Assembly (NCBI GenBank): GCA_048940445.1
Contig: JBHLON010000002.1
Location: 1-64,000, forward strand
Reading direction: 5' to 3'
DNA from: Promethearchaeota archaeon
Lineage (GTDB): Archaea; Asgardarchaeota; Lokiarchaeia; Sigyniarchaeales; SOKP01
DNA: 64,000 nucleotides
Part shown: piece after piece, positions 10,628-20,029 of the stretch
Layout: each line of letters starts with the position of its first letter
How positions within the stretch are numbered: position 1 is the stretch's first letter
Program-made: the position numbers and the translations under genes
The notes under the pieces: model-generated
Told to the model about the DNA's origin: nothing
Seen by the model: the letters and a program-made list of their open reading frames with translations, nothing else
The model's database searches: none

Positions 10628-12019
10628 TTACTTTAATTGTCTAAAATCAGATATTACCTTTTGGAGACGTTCAATTAAATCCTCAATCTCTTTATATTTC
10701 TCTCTTATTGGATTAGTATCTAAATTCAATTCCTCGATTTCTTTATTCAAGCCTGCGGTAAACCTTGAACTCAATATTTTGATTTCATTAATAATATTCT
10801 CAGAAAGATCATTGGTATTTTTATCAACTTCAGTAATAAGATTTGTAGATTTAATAACTAAGGGTTTAATTTTAGAATCTGTCTGTTTGATGTTATATAA
10901 TTTTACTTCTTCATAAGAGATTTTTTCTTTTAGATTTTCAACAAGCTCCAGTAAATTTCTTTCAATAATAGTCCTAGTCTCTTCAGAAATTTCTTCAAAT
11001 AATTTTAAAATGTTGCCAGTAAAGTCCTGTTGAGATTTAATTCTCCGGTCTATATATTCTGAGACATTTTTTATAAATACATTCGAAATCTCAGTAAAAC
11101 TTCTATTAAAATAATTTTGAATGTCTTCAAGACCATTCTCCACTGAATTTTTCATTTGGTTTGTTGCACTTCTAATATATTCTGTACCTTTTAGAGATCC
11201 ATTTCTAATATCCATCATCCAACTACTTAGTTGCTGTTTATATGTATCTATAAAAGAATCGGTAAATTTTGAAGTTCCTTCCCTAAACCCTGAAAAAATT
11301 GGTTCTATTAGCTCTTTAAACTCATCAACCTCACCATTTAAAATAAGCTGAATTTTAGGAATTTCCTGAAGCTCATCAAGGGCTGGTTTCCTAATTTCAT
11401 CGAATTCATTAATAATTATAGGAGTTTTTCTTTGTGTATCTTCGACAAGTTCTTTTATCCACTTATAAAAATCTAAGGTATGAGGTAATTCTATTTCATA
11501 TGGAACTTTTAAATATTCGCTTTCTGTTCCTCTTGAAAAATCTTTTAACCTAAAAATTTCGAGCCCGAAATTATTTTTTGCATTGAGTAAAGAGCAATCA
11601 ACAATTACGATAAATCTATCTGGATTTTTTTCATTTTGGAAATACAGCTGATTACTTTTATCAGCATGAGAAAGGAAGAGTCCTCCCTTTAATCTTGAAT
11701 GGTACCATCCAAGAATTTCAAAGTTAGTGGTATTGACACTCTCTTCAATCTGAATAATTTTCTGATGAAGTTCTTGAGAAAATCCTAATTCTGCTATATC
11801 TCCGTGCGATAGAGGAATCACATTTAAAATATTTAGTCTTTTATCTAATCTTTCACCTACACAAATTCCCATAACTTCCTGATTTTCTTCCAGTGATTCA
11901 TTTGCGAACTTTGATACGTGGGTTAGTATTTTCCTAAAAGCATCATTTCTGAAATAAACCTTCCAATCTTCCGCTACTTCTATATCTTCTCCTTCTTTTT
12001 TATTATCTTGATTTATCAA
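10628..12019 (-). CDS. MPN (JAB1/Mov34) domain protein with degenerate JAMM motif and long helical/coiled-coil C-terminus
   Basis: EVMGICVG and GWYHSRLKGGLFLSHAD (second Zn-ligand His replaced by Arg); about 240-aa amphipathic helical tail. Confidence 0.85.
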   Translation of the reverse strand: MINQDNKKEGEDIEVAEDWKVYFRNDAFRKILTHVSKFANESLEENQEVMGICVGERLDKRLNILNVIPLSHGDIAELGFSQELHQKIIQIEESVNTTNFEILGWYHSRLKGGLFLSHADKSNQLYFQNEKNPDRFIVIVDCSLLNAKNNFGLEIFRLKDFSRGTESEYLKVPYEIELPHTLDFYKWIKELVEDTQRKTPIIINEFDEIRKPALDELQEIPKIQLILNGEVDEFKELIEPIFSGFREGTSKFTDSFIDTYKQQLSSWMMDIRNGSLKGTEYIRSATNQMKNSVENGLEDIQNYFNRSFTEISNVFIKNVSEYIDRRIKSQQDFTGNILKLFEEISEETRTIIERNLLELVENLKEKISYEEVKLYNIKQTDSKIKPLVIKSTNLITEVDKNTNDLSENIINEIKILSSRFTAGLNKEIEELNLDTNPIREKYKEIEDLIERLQKVISDFRQLK

Positions 12020-12031
12020 GTTAGAACACGC

Positions 12032-13489
12032 TCATTTTTTTAACCCTTTAATTTCATTCTTTAAATCCCTAATAGTATTGACAAGATTTTTCTTCTCAGT
12101 CTCTAACTTTTCAATCTTATTAAGGACTGGACTTTTAGAACCTTCAAGAACTAAAATAGCTGCTTTAAGATCAGCTAATACTTTTTTTAAATCTTTATCT
12201 AAATCAGAGAAAATAGCCTGAACATTCGAAATTCTTTTCTTAAAGTTATTTAAAATACCTTCTTGGTTTTCTTCAATAGCTCCTTTGATTCTAGACTTGA
12301 TTGGATCAATTATGTTATTGAGGTTCTCTATTTTATTATAGTGACTTGCTAAATCTTTAAAAACCAATTCATTTGCTCTATAAATTTCCTCTAAATTTTC
12401 TAAATTATTATTGAATTTGTTTAACATTTCAGTAATATTAGGTAAAAATTTGTTATCAATTCCCTCATGTATAGAATTAATAAGATTTTGTTTAAAAACC
12501 TCAATTTTTTTTTCCATATCACTGAATGTAGCATCAAAATCATCGAGTTTATCATCAATGTAGAAATCCAATCCTTTCAATTTGTCTTGTAATGAGAAAT
12601 TGTATGATTTTTGAAGGTTGGCTATTCCATTACTTAAATTTTCCTTAAGTTGGACTAAATCATTTCTTATTTGTGAATTATTGTAAAAAGTTTTTTTTAT
12701 AATATCTTGACTCCACATATTAAGAATCTCAATTAATGGTTCAATAGATAAATCGATAAATACCCCAAAACTTTTTTTAAGATTACTCAATAGATCGGGA
12801 ATTGACAATTCTGGGATATTACCTTCCAATTGTTTCTGTTCAGGAAAGAATATATCCCCAAATAGTTCCGTGGTTTCGTTCAACTCTAGAATAGGCGCTT
12901 CTTCTGAGTAGATACTATTTATCAAATTAATTATTTTCTCGTAAAACTCAAGGTTATTTGGTGGTTCGACTATTGCTTTAACTTCATAGTATTTAGAATT
13001 GAGCCCTTTTGAAGGGTCTTCTAATCTAAAGACTCTAAACCCTAAATCTCCTGTTTTTTCTAAGTAAGCATGATCAAACACAATTCCTAATCCACTCGGG
13101 TTTTTATCTTGCCAAAAAAGTTGATTAAAAATATCAGTGCTTGAAAAAAAGATTCCCAGATTAGGGTGTGAATGATACCATCCTACTGTAAACCAATTCT
13201 TATTGCCATGCTCTTCCCAGATTTGCTTATCTATCTCTCCAAAAGCGCCAAGTTGATCTGGGTTAAATTTTACTTCAATTGATCCACCGTGCGATATAGG
13301 AATAACATCTTCGATTATTACGTCTTTAATTTCTCTTTCACCAATTTGATGTCCTATAAGCATCCCCATAACTTCCTTATATTCATTTACTGCTTGTGTT
13401 TTGGATCCGAATCTAAGGACATGAACAAGCATTTTATAATATGCCATTGGTTTGATAGTAACGACACTAGTATCTGTAATTTTACCCAT
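12032..13489 (-). CDS. MPN+/JAMM metalloisopeptidase (Rpn11/CSN5-like) with long helical/coiled-coil C-terminus
   Basis: EVMGMLIG and VGWYHSHPNLGIFFSSTD (complete E...HxH-x7-S-x2-D); helical tail. Confidence 0.9.
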   Translation of the reverse strand: MGKITDTSVVTIKPMAYYKMLVHVLRFGSKTQAVNEYKEVMGMLIGHQIGEREIKDVIIEDVIPISHGGSIEVKFNPDQLGAFGEIDKQIWEEHGNKNWFTVGWYHSHPNLGIFFSSTDIFNQLFWQDKNPSGLGIVFDHAYLEKTGDLGFRVFRLEDPSKGLNSKYYEVKAIVEPPNNLEFYEKIINLINSIYSEEAPILELNETTELFGDIFFPEQKQLEGNIPELSIPDLLSNLKKSFGVFIDLSIEPLIEILNMWSQDIIKKTFYNNSQIRNDLVQLKENLSNGIANLQKSYNFSLQDKLKGLDFYIDDKLDDFDATFSDMEKKIEVFKQNLINSIHEGIDNKFLPNITEMLNKFNNNLENLEEIYRANELVFKDLASHYNKIENLNNIIDPIKSRIKGAIEENQEGILNNFKKRISNVQAIFSDLDKDLKKVLADLKAAILVLEGSKSPVLNKIEKLETEKKNLVNTIRDLKNEIKGLKK

Positions 13490-13613
13490 TATTTGTCACT
13501 TAATCTATCAAGTTTAGATATAGTTAACGTTTGTTATATTTATAATTTATCTCATTTAAAAATTGATTTAAACAATTATAAAAATATAGCTAGTGAATAA
13601 TTTAATATCTATT

Positions 13614-14243
13614 TTAATGCGGAAGTTTTCCACCACAATAAGGACAATATTTCCAATCTAAATCTTTTCCGCAATGAGGACAGAATGTTGATGGACCTTC
13701 TTCGGCTTTAGGTATAGAAGGCAAATCTCTCGAGGTTTTAATCGTCTCAGCTCTTCTTTCTGCTTCTTCTTGTTTTTTATGTATCATTCTTTCTTTAAAT
13801 GCTTGACGTTTTTCTTCTTCTAGTTCTTGTATAGACTTCATTCCTTCTTCCTTTACCCACCCTACGGTTTGTGGTCTTTTTAATTCACTTTGTGGAACTT
13901 TCTCTAATTCTATTTTTTTAGTTTCTTCTAAGGGTGCCATTACTCTTTTTTGTTCTTTCTTTTCAAGGGCTTGTTTCACCAATGCCTGTGTGGTCTTCAT
14001 GACTTGGTGTGGATTTATATTTGGAATAGCAACAGTTCGTAAAACCCAACCTACAATTAAATTTTGATTAGGAAAACCTCCATCTGAAATATCTTCATCT
14101 TTATATATGTATGAATCTATAACTGACTGTCCTTTTAATAATCTTGAAGCCCACATTTTATTAATAAGCCCTAATTGTATTCTATATGATGTACCGGGTA
14201 TTCCCAACTGACTTGTTAATGGTTCAAAACCTTTTTCTGTCAT
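13614..14243 (-). CDS. hypothetical protein with charged linker and C-terminal zinc ribbon
   Basis: CPHCG...CPYCG at the C-terminus; ATG 14243 preferred over TTG 14252. Confidence 0.75.
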   Translation of the reverse strand: MTEKGFEPLTSQLGIPGTSYRIQLGLINKMWASRLLKGQSVIDSYIYKDEDISDGGFPNQNLIVGWVLRTVAIPNINPHQVMKTTQALVKQALEKKEQKRVMAPLEETKKIELEKVPQSELKRPQTVGWVKEEGMKSIQELEEEKRQAFKERMIHKKQEEAERRAETIKTSRDLPSIPKAEEGPSTFCPHCGKDLDWKYCPYCGGKLPH

Positions 14244-14450
14244 TATTATCAAAAGATTGTAGTTATCTTCGAATCAGAAATATTCTGATATTAGTAATAA
14301 TATAATGGTAAATTATGAATTTAAATAATTTTATGTTTTAATTGACAAAATGGAATTAGATATCATTTAATTCAAGAAAAAAATAGACATAAATATAGGT
14401 AATAGTATAAAAATATCAATTAGAAAATTATTTTGACTTAAAATAGAATT

Positions 14451-15404
14451 ATGACAGTGATCATTCCAAAAGAAGCATATTTGACAGTTGTGGCGGCTTC
14501 AGTTAGATTTGCAAATAGAAGGATTCCTCAGGATGATTGGTTAGAGGTTAATGGAGTATTTATTGGAGAATTTAGAGAAGAGGATGTCATAATAAAAGAA
14601 GCTTATCCCATTATGCATCAAAAACTAGATAAGACCGCAGTAATCGATAAATATGAATGGTCTGAAGAAGATAATCTTTCTTACACTTTAATCGATGATG
14701 AGGCTTACTCAAGAAGCCTCTTCACAGTCGGATCTTGGCATTCACATCCAGGCTTTAAAGTAATGCTAAGTCATATTGACATTAGACACCTTGCATTCCA
14801 TCAAGGAGTAAACCCAAAGTATTTCACATTGGTATTTAATCCTAAAAGATTAGAAAGTCAAATAGAAATGCCTGAGAAGAAAGGTAATCCAGAAATTCCG
14901 CTTAAGGATGATCCTGGATTTAAAATTTTTAGCCTAGATGATGTAAATAGAGGAATTGAGGCTTCTTATCATACTCTTCAATATCAAATAGAAGGTTATG
15001 ACTCGATGGAACAATTAGTTAATTTAACTCAAAAATTCGCTATTGAAATCACTAATTTCTTTCCTAAGGAAAACCTTCTTGAAACATATGAAAAAATTAT
15101 AATGGAAAAGACACAAAATTTAGACTCCCTTCTTTTAGGTACGGAGGAATATCTTGCTACTTTAGTAAGAAAAGGAGAATCACCAAGGATTCCCGAAGTC
15201 TTAGAGAATCAAACAAGAGACATTAGAAAATTTATTGCTGAAACATTTATTAAAATTGATAATATTAAACAATTTTTGAATTATCTAGAATATAAAGAGA
15301 GAGATAACACACTCCCTCAGTTAAGTGAGATTTTTTCAAGATGGGATGAAAAAATCTCCATTATTGATTTAAAATTAAATAAGTTAGCAAAGCAATATGA
15401 ATAG
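14451..15404 (+). CDS. MPN+/JAMM metalloisopeptidase with helical C-terminus
   Basis: EVNGVFIG and VGSWHSHPGFKVMLSHID (complete JAMM motif). Confidence 0.88.
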   Translation: MTVIIPKEAYLTVVAASVRFANRRIPQDDWLEVNGVFIGEFREEDVIIKEAYPIMHQKLDKTAVIDKYEWSEEDNLSYTLIDDEAYSRSLFTVGSWHSHPGFKVMLSHIDIRHLAFHQGVNPKYFTLVFNPKRLESQIEMPEKKGNPEIPLKDDPGFKIFSLDDVNRGIEASYHTLQYQIEGYDSMEQLVNLTQKFAIEITNFFPKENLLETYEKIIMEKTQNLDSLLLGTEEYLATLVRKGESPRIPEVLENQTRDIRKFIAETFIKIDNIKQFLNYLEYKERDNTLPQLSEIFSRWDEKISIIDLKLNKLAKQYE

Positions 15405-15524
15405 GTTCCCAAATTTTTTAAAAACCTATTTTTAATCTAAGGATTAAAAGGAAAATCTTTATTATGATTAATATCATTTTATTCAAAAGGATGTTTAACT
15501 AAATTATTACATTTAAAGATTAAA

Positions 15525-17729
15525 ATGAAAAAGATTAACTTCCCGTTTACAGCGATACTTGGTCAAGATAGAATGAAAATGGGCCTTATACTTAATGTTA
15601 TTGATCCACAAATAGGAGGGATTTTACTATCAGGTCAGCAAGGTACTGGAAAATCAACTGCAGTTAGAAGCGTAGTTGAGGTAATGCCTGAGATTAAGGT
15701 TGTTAGAGACTGTCCATTTTCATGTGATCCAAAATCTAGCATTGATGATTTATGTGAAGAATGCCGTAAAAAAAAGGAAAAAGGCAAAATAGAAATAGAT
15801 ACACGTGAGATGAAATTAATCAATCTCCCTCTTGGAGTGACTGAAGATATGGTATGCGGAAGTCTATCTATTGATAAGGTTTTAACTGAAGGAATAAAAA
15901 GTCTTCATCCTGGGTTACTCGCTAAAGCAAATAGAGGGATTCTCTATATTGATGAGATTAATCTTTTGCAAGATCATATTGTTGATACATTACTGGATGC
16001 AGCAGCATCAGGTGTTAATATTATAGAAAGGGAAGGAATTTCAGTTATGCATCCTTCAAGATTCGTTTTGGTAGGCTCAATGAATCCAGAAGAAGGCGAA
16101 TTAAGACCACAAATTGCTGATCGCCTTGGATTAGAGGTGAAGATCAAAGCCCCAAGAGATCCCAGATTAAGATCAGAAATAACACGTCGAGTAATTGAAT
16201 TTGATGATAACCCAAAAGATTTTATTAAACAGTATGAAAAAGGGGAAGAAAAGCTACGAGAAAGGATTAAACAAGCGCGAGAAATTTTAAAGGATGTGAA
16301 AGTCCCCGTATCAGTTTTTGAATTTGTTTCAATGATAGTTAATGAATTGGAGATTTTTTCTCAAAGAGCAGATATCACATTCATTCGATGTGCGAGAGCT
16401 CATGCTGCTTTTAATGGGAGAAAGGAAGTAGCTGAAGAAGATTTAAATATTGCGATGGATTTAGTTTTCGAACATAGAATTCAATCACTACACTACGAAA
16501 TGACTCCTAAAGAAATAAAGGCAAAAATTGCAGAAGTTTATGGAAAAATACAGAAAGCTTATGAAGATCCACAGGCTTACAAACCAAATAAAAATACAGA
16601 AGGTCCATTAAAGTATGACGATAAGATTCAAAAAGAATTTAAACGTCAATCAGTAGATCCAAAAAAAGTGAAACTTCCAGAGACTAAAGAACAGAAATTA
16701 CCACCACCTAAATATCCTGATAATAAAAAAAGAAACCCTGCTCCAGCAGGAGGATGGAAAGTCAAAAATATTCCTTTTGATGAGTTAGACCTCAAATTTT
16801 TTGAAAACGAAATTGAGGATTTACCATTAATTTATAGAATGGAGCAAAAAATGAGTTCTATCTTAGATAATATTCGAAAAGAAAGAAAAGTATCTGATTA
16901 TGGTGGACGTGGTATAGGAAGACGTATCAAAATATCATCTTCTCAAAAGGGTAAATATATATCATATCGAGCTCCATTGAATAAACCAAAAAGTCTAGCT
17001 TTAGATGCTACTATTAGGAATTACTTAAAAAATACAATATACAATCAGACTGATATTGAGTTTCCAATTAAATTTGACAAATACGATTTAATGGATAAAA
17101 TATTTGAATATCGATCTCCTTTATTATTATTCTTTGTACTCGATAGTTCAGCTTCAATGTACTATGTAATCAAGCAAATGACTGATGTAATTTTATCCTT
17201 ACAAAAGGAAGGATATAGAAAACGCGATAAAATAAGTTTAATAATCTTCAGAGGGAAAGAAGCTATTGTATTAGAAAAGCCAACGGTCTACTTTAAAAAG
17301 GCTGTAACTAAATTAAAGAATATTGAGGGTAAATCTTATACACCTATGGCAGCGGCTCTGACAAAATGTATTAAATTAATAAATGCCGAAAAACTGAAGA
17401 ATCGGAACATTATTCCCGTTATTTTTATATGTTCAGATTGCGGAGCAAATATATCTGTTAAGAATCCTGGATTGATTGCCCAAATTCAGAGTGATTATAC
17501 TATTATCATTAATGAATTGCAAGAATTAACAAAATCCTTATCAAAAAAAGGAGTTCATCTTGTAGTTTTAGAGCCTAAAAAAAGTTATGCAACTCAAGCT
17601 TTAGGTGTTAATACATATGCTGCTGATAAAATCAAAAAGAATTTTAAAGAATTTGGAAAGGCTCAAATTTTTCAATTTGATAAGTATAATCCAGAACGGT
17701 TAATTTTAGAATTAAAACGAATTTTATAA
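15525..17729 (+). CDS. chelatase subunit ChlI/ChlD-type AAA+ ATPase fused to vWA domain
   Basis: FPFTAILGQ, GQQGTGKST, GILYIDEINLL, NPEEGELRPQ, Pro-rich linker, MIDAS DSSAS. Confidence 0.88.
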   Translation: MKKINFPFTAILGQDRMKMGLILNVIDPQIGGILLSGQQGTGKSTAVRSVVEVMPEIKVVRDCPFSCDPKSSIDDLCEECRKKKEKGKIEIDTREMKLINLPLGVTEDMVCGSLSIDKVLTEGIKSLHPGLLAKANRGILYIDEINLLQDHIVDTLLDAAASGVNIIEREGISVMHPSRFVLVGSMNPEEGELRPQIADRLGLEVKIKAPRDPRLRSEITRRVIEFDDNPKDFIKQYEKGEEKLRERIKQAREILKDVKVPVSVFEFVSMIVNELEIFSQRADITFIRCARAHAAFNGRKEVAEEDLNIAMDLVFEHRIQSLHYEMTPKEIKAKIAEVYGKIQKAYEDPQAYKPNKNTEGPLKYDDKIQKEFKRQSVDPKKVKLPETKEQKLPPPKYPDNKKRNPAPAGGWKVKNIPFDELDLKFFENEIEDLPLIYRMEQKMSSILDNIRKERKVSDYGGRGIGRRIKISSSQKGKYISYRAPLNKPKSLALDATIRNYLKNTIYNQTDIEFPIKFDKYDLMDKIFEYRSPLLLFFVLDSSASMYYVIKQMTDVILSLQKEGYRKRDKISLIIFRGKEAIVLEKPTVYFKKAVTKLKNIEGKSYTPMAAALTKCIKLINAEKLKNRNIIPVIFICSDCGANISVKNPGLIAQIQSDYTIIINELQELTKSLSKKGVHLVVLEPKKSYATQALGVNTYAADKIKKNFKEFGKAQIFQFDKYNPERLILELKRIL

Positions 17730-17772
17730 ATATCCCAAAATTTCTTAAAATTCAAAAATTTCTTATCAATTA

Positions 17773-19026
17773 ATGGATAGAAAAGAGAACACTGTTTTAA
17801 TAGTGGGTTTTAACACTCGCCCTCTTGCTTATTCTCTGTACAAATCAGGTTATTTAGTATATGTGGTAGACTTTTTTGGGGATCTAGATTTATTTCCCTA
17901 TATCGAAGATGGATTAATTATAACCAAAGAAGTAGGTAGTTCATATAATCTAATCAAAAATAATTACCAACAATTCTTAATAAATTGTGCAAATAAATTA
18001 TTAGAAAAGCACCCTGAAATTGCAAATTTAATTATTGCTAGTGGTCTAGATGATAATATTGAAGATCGTATTCAACTCTTAGAACATATTAAAGATCAAA
18101 ATTATCGAATAAAAAATCTTAATAATGACATAGAAAATATCAAAAATGCTCGCAATGTCATAGATATATTTGAGTTTTTAGAGAAAAATGGATATAAAAC
18201 TCCAACTACGAAGCCGTTTGAAAATTCAAGCAAATCGTTCCTTTCAATTTCACCCCCTCTTATCTTTAAAAAAAGAAAGAGTTCTGGAGGAACAAATGTA
18301 TATAAAATTGAAAGTAAAGAAAAATTAGAATTTTTGGTTAAAACTCTTGAAAAAGATGACTTTAACCCTTCTGATTGGTTAATACAAGAATATATTGAGG
18401 GGATTCCAGTTAGCTGTACAACAATTTCTAATGGAAATGAGACAAGAATAATTTCAATAAATCGTCAAGTTATTGGATTAGATTTCTTAAATCCAACAAA
18501 AGAATTTATGTATTGTGGGAATATGGTTCCCGGAAATCTATTACCTGATGACAATAGATTGATTTCTGAAATATCTATCCTACTAGCGAATACACTAAAA
18601 TTAAAAGGAATAAATGGATTTGATTTTGTATTAAAACATCATTATCCTTATTTAATGGAAATAAATCCTAGAATTCCTGGTTCCATTAGTGCCTCAGAAA
18701 ATTCAATGGGACTTAATTTGATAGATTTGCATGTTAAAAGTTTTAAGAAAAATAATTGGAATGAAATTGGGAAAATATTAGATAACGCTACTTATAAAAA
18801 GTATGCTACTAAATTAATATACTTTGCTCCAACGGACGTCGATATCGATAAAATAGAACAAGTTAATAATCTTAAATATATTCATGATAAAACTGAACCA
18901 CTCAAAAAGATAATGCGGGGAGAACCAATATGTTCTATTTTATTTATGGATCAGTCGTTCTCTAATTCTTTTTTTGGAGCATTAAAGATAGCAGATAATA
19001 TAACTAAGATTCTAACAGAAATATGA
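17773..19026 (+). CDS. ATP-grasp domain protein (archaeal/C1-cofactor-associated family)
   Basis: VDFFGDLD, KKRKSSGG, LIQEYIEG, GFDFV, MEINPRIPGS. Confidence 0.82.
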   Translation: MDRKENTVLIVGFNTRPLAYSLYKSGYLVYVVDFFGDLDLFPYIEDGLIITKEVGSSYNLIKNNYQQFLINCANKLLEKHPEIANLIIASGLDDNIEDRIQLLEHIKDQNYRIKNLNNDIENIKNARNVIDIFEFLEKNGYKTPTTKPFENSSKSFLSISPPLIFKKRKSSGGTNVYKIESKEKLEFLVKTLEKDDFNPSDWLIQEYIEGIPVSCTTISNGNETRIISINRQVIGLDFLNPTKEFMYCGNMVPGNLLPDDNRLISEISILLANTLKLKGINGFDFVLKHHYPYLMEINPRIPGSISASENSMGLNLIDLHVKSFKKNNWNEIGKILDNATYKKYATKLIYFAPTDVDIDKIEQVNNLKYIHDKTEPLKKIMRGEPICSILFMDQSFSNSFFGALKIADNITKILTEI

Positions 19027-19761
19027 TTATTTAATTATTGATTTAATTTTCGCAATGTAGGATCCTAATTTTCTTTCATCAGCTTCAGGTACAGCTATAG
19101 CAAGAAGCCTAGTTTCATCTAACTCATGGATTATAATTGAACCATTTTCCCCTCCAATTATAGAAAACTCTAAACTTGCTTCCAATAAAACGCTTGATAA
19201 ACTATATATCGCAGAAGTAATTGCTGAAAGTATTGGTTCAGGCATTGTTGATTGAATTTTAATTGGTAACCCATCTTTGGTTATTATTGCAATTACTAAG
19301 GCATTTGGGATTGTTCTTTTTAGTGCCACAAAAATCTCTTCTTTAATAAGGTCAGAAGTTTCGATTATTGCAGAGATCTGTATTGCAAAATTCTTTAGAG
19401 AATTTATATATGAATCTAAACCTTCAAGTTCAGCTAATTCTCTGTTTAAATAGGACATTAAAGCAATATTTTCGGTTAAAATAGAAACAATAATTCTTTC
19501 TTTTCCAGTAATAAGATTATAAGAAAGCCGTTGATTTAAAGAATCGTGTAAAATTTTTGATGAGAGGAAAACCATACTACTGCTAGCTGCAGAAATTTCG
19601 GTTTTGGACAGCTTTATATCTTTTTTGAATTTGCTCGCTAGGTGTGTTCCACCATGAGATGAAATAGAGATGCCAAGTATCCCATGCTTTTCATCTATTT
19701 CCTTTTTAATTAGATTTATTAAATCATTTTCTAAATCCTTACTTTTCGGTTCCACGCTCAT
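19027..19761 (-). CDS. tandem roadblock/LC7 (MglB/LAMTOR-like) domain protein
   Basis: Two roadblock repeats (SISSHGG...EISAASSS; IAIITKDGLPI...LSAITSAI...IIGGENG); ATG 19761 is the likelier start. Confidence 0.82.
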   Translation of the reverse strand: MSVEPKSKDLENDLINLIKKEIDEKHGILGISISSHGGTHLASKFKKDIKLSKTEISAASSSMVFLSSKILHDSLNQRLSYNLITGKERIIVSILTENIALMSYLNRELAELEGLDSYINSLKNFAIQISAIIETSDLIKEEIFVALKRTIPNALVIAIITKDGLPIKIQSTMPEPILSAITSAIYSLSSVLLEASLEFSIIGGENGSIIIHELDETRLLAIAVPEADERKLGSYIAKIKSIIK

Positions 19762-20029
19762 GAATTTATAATAAGAGTGATCGCATATAAAAATATTTCT
19801 AATTGTACACATCTAACAGTTTAAAAATTCAGAAGCTGGATGAGAATAAGGTAATGTTTCCTTCAATATTAAAAAAAAACATTAGAAGGTTATCTTCATT
19901 TTTCCGAAGTCAAATAGGATTGAATTTTTGAATTTTATTATATATGATAAACCCAATATTTAACTAAGAAATATAAAGGAATTCTTTCTTAATTATTTAT
20001 AAATTAGATAAAAAAATAGGATATAACCT

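Noticed and set aside
10628-15404. CBASS Cap3, RadC or sulfur-carrier (ThiS/MoaD) JAB context for the MPN genes
   Set aside because: No CD-NTase, E1/ThiF or ubiquitin-like gene with C-terminal GG nearby; the motifs resemble Rpn11/CSN5
15525-17729. Chlorophyll biosynthesis (true Mg-chelatase)
   Set aside because: No chlH/bchH or other photosynthesis genes; this family is widespread in non-phototrophic archaea
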